The notes beneath the pieces are model-generated. The model did not search any database. It was not told where the DNA came from and saw only the letters and a list, made by a program, of their open reading frames with translations. Made by a program: the position numbers and the translations under genes. This document shows, piece by piece, positions 63,920-64,000 of a stretch of DNA of 64,000 nucleotides (position 1 is its first letter; each line of letters begins with the position of its first letter). Source of the DNA: Macrostomum lignano (lineage: Eukaryota); the NCBI GenBank assembly GCA_002269645.1, contig NIVC01001451.1, positions 190,994-254,993 on the forward strand, read 5' to 3'.

Positions 63920-64000
63920 GTAAGTTTTTGTGTTTGTTATGTCCTAATATATTGCTTCAATATTTTTATGTTTAATTAGTAAAAAAATACTAATTGCCTA

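Overview
Eukaryotic (animal) genomic DNA, not prokaryotic. It has spliceosomal GT-AG introns, GC-rich exons with poly-Ala/Gln tracts and a very high minisatellite load. The style suggests a free-living flatworm such as Macrostomum (inference, not shown). Genes reconstructed by hand from splice sites and reading frames: a small subunit of serine palmitoyltransferase (SPTSSA-like); an unknown 496-aa ORF with 13 Gly/Ser-rich 14-aa repeats; a VASt-domain Aster/GRAMD1-like sterol transporter with no GRAM domain; a two-alpha-crystallin-domain small heat-shock protein; the ParaHox gene Gsx (one frameshift in exon 1); an ERG-type KCNH potassium channel on the minus strand; a protamine/H1-like basic ORF; and the 5' exons of a ZDHHC2/15/20-like palmitoyltransferase. 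Mobile DNA includes a dead mariner with a nested MITE, several hAT-type MITEs, a deleted Harbinger and two tRNA-derived SINEs sharing a central core. Roughly 40% of the window (estimated by eye) is tandem repeat, and most long ORFs in the ORF track are artefacts of these arrays. The most unusual signals: a 5-kb satellite apparently built from the core of the adjacent SINE, a channel intron made of 298 perfect TAG triplets, an intronic repeat complementary to its own 5' splice site, and several other arrays that appear seeded from transposon ends.
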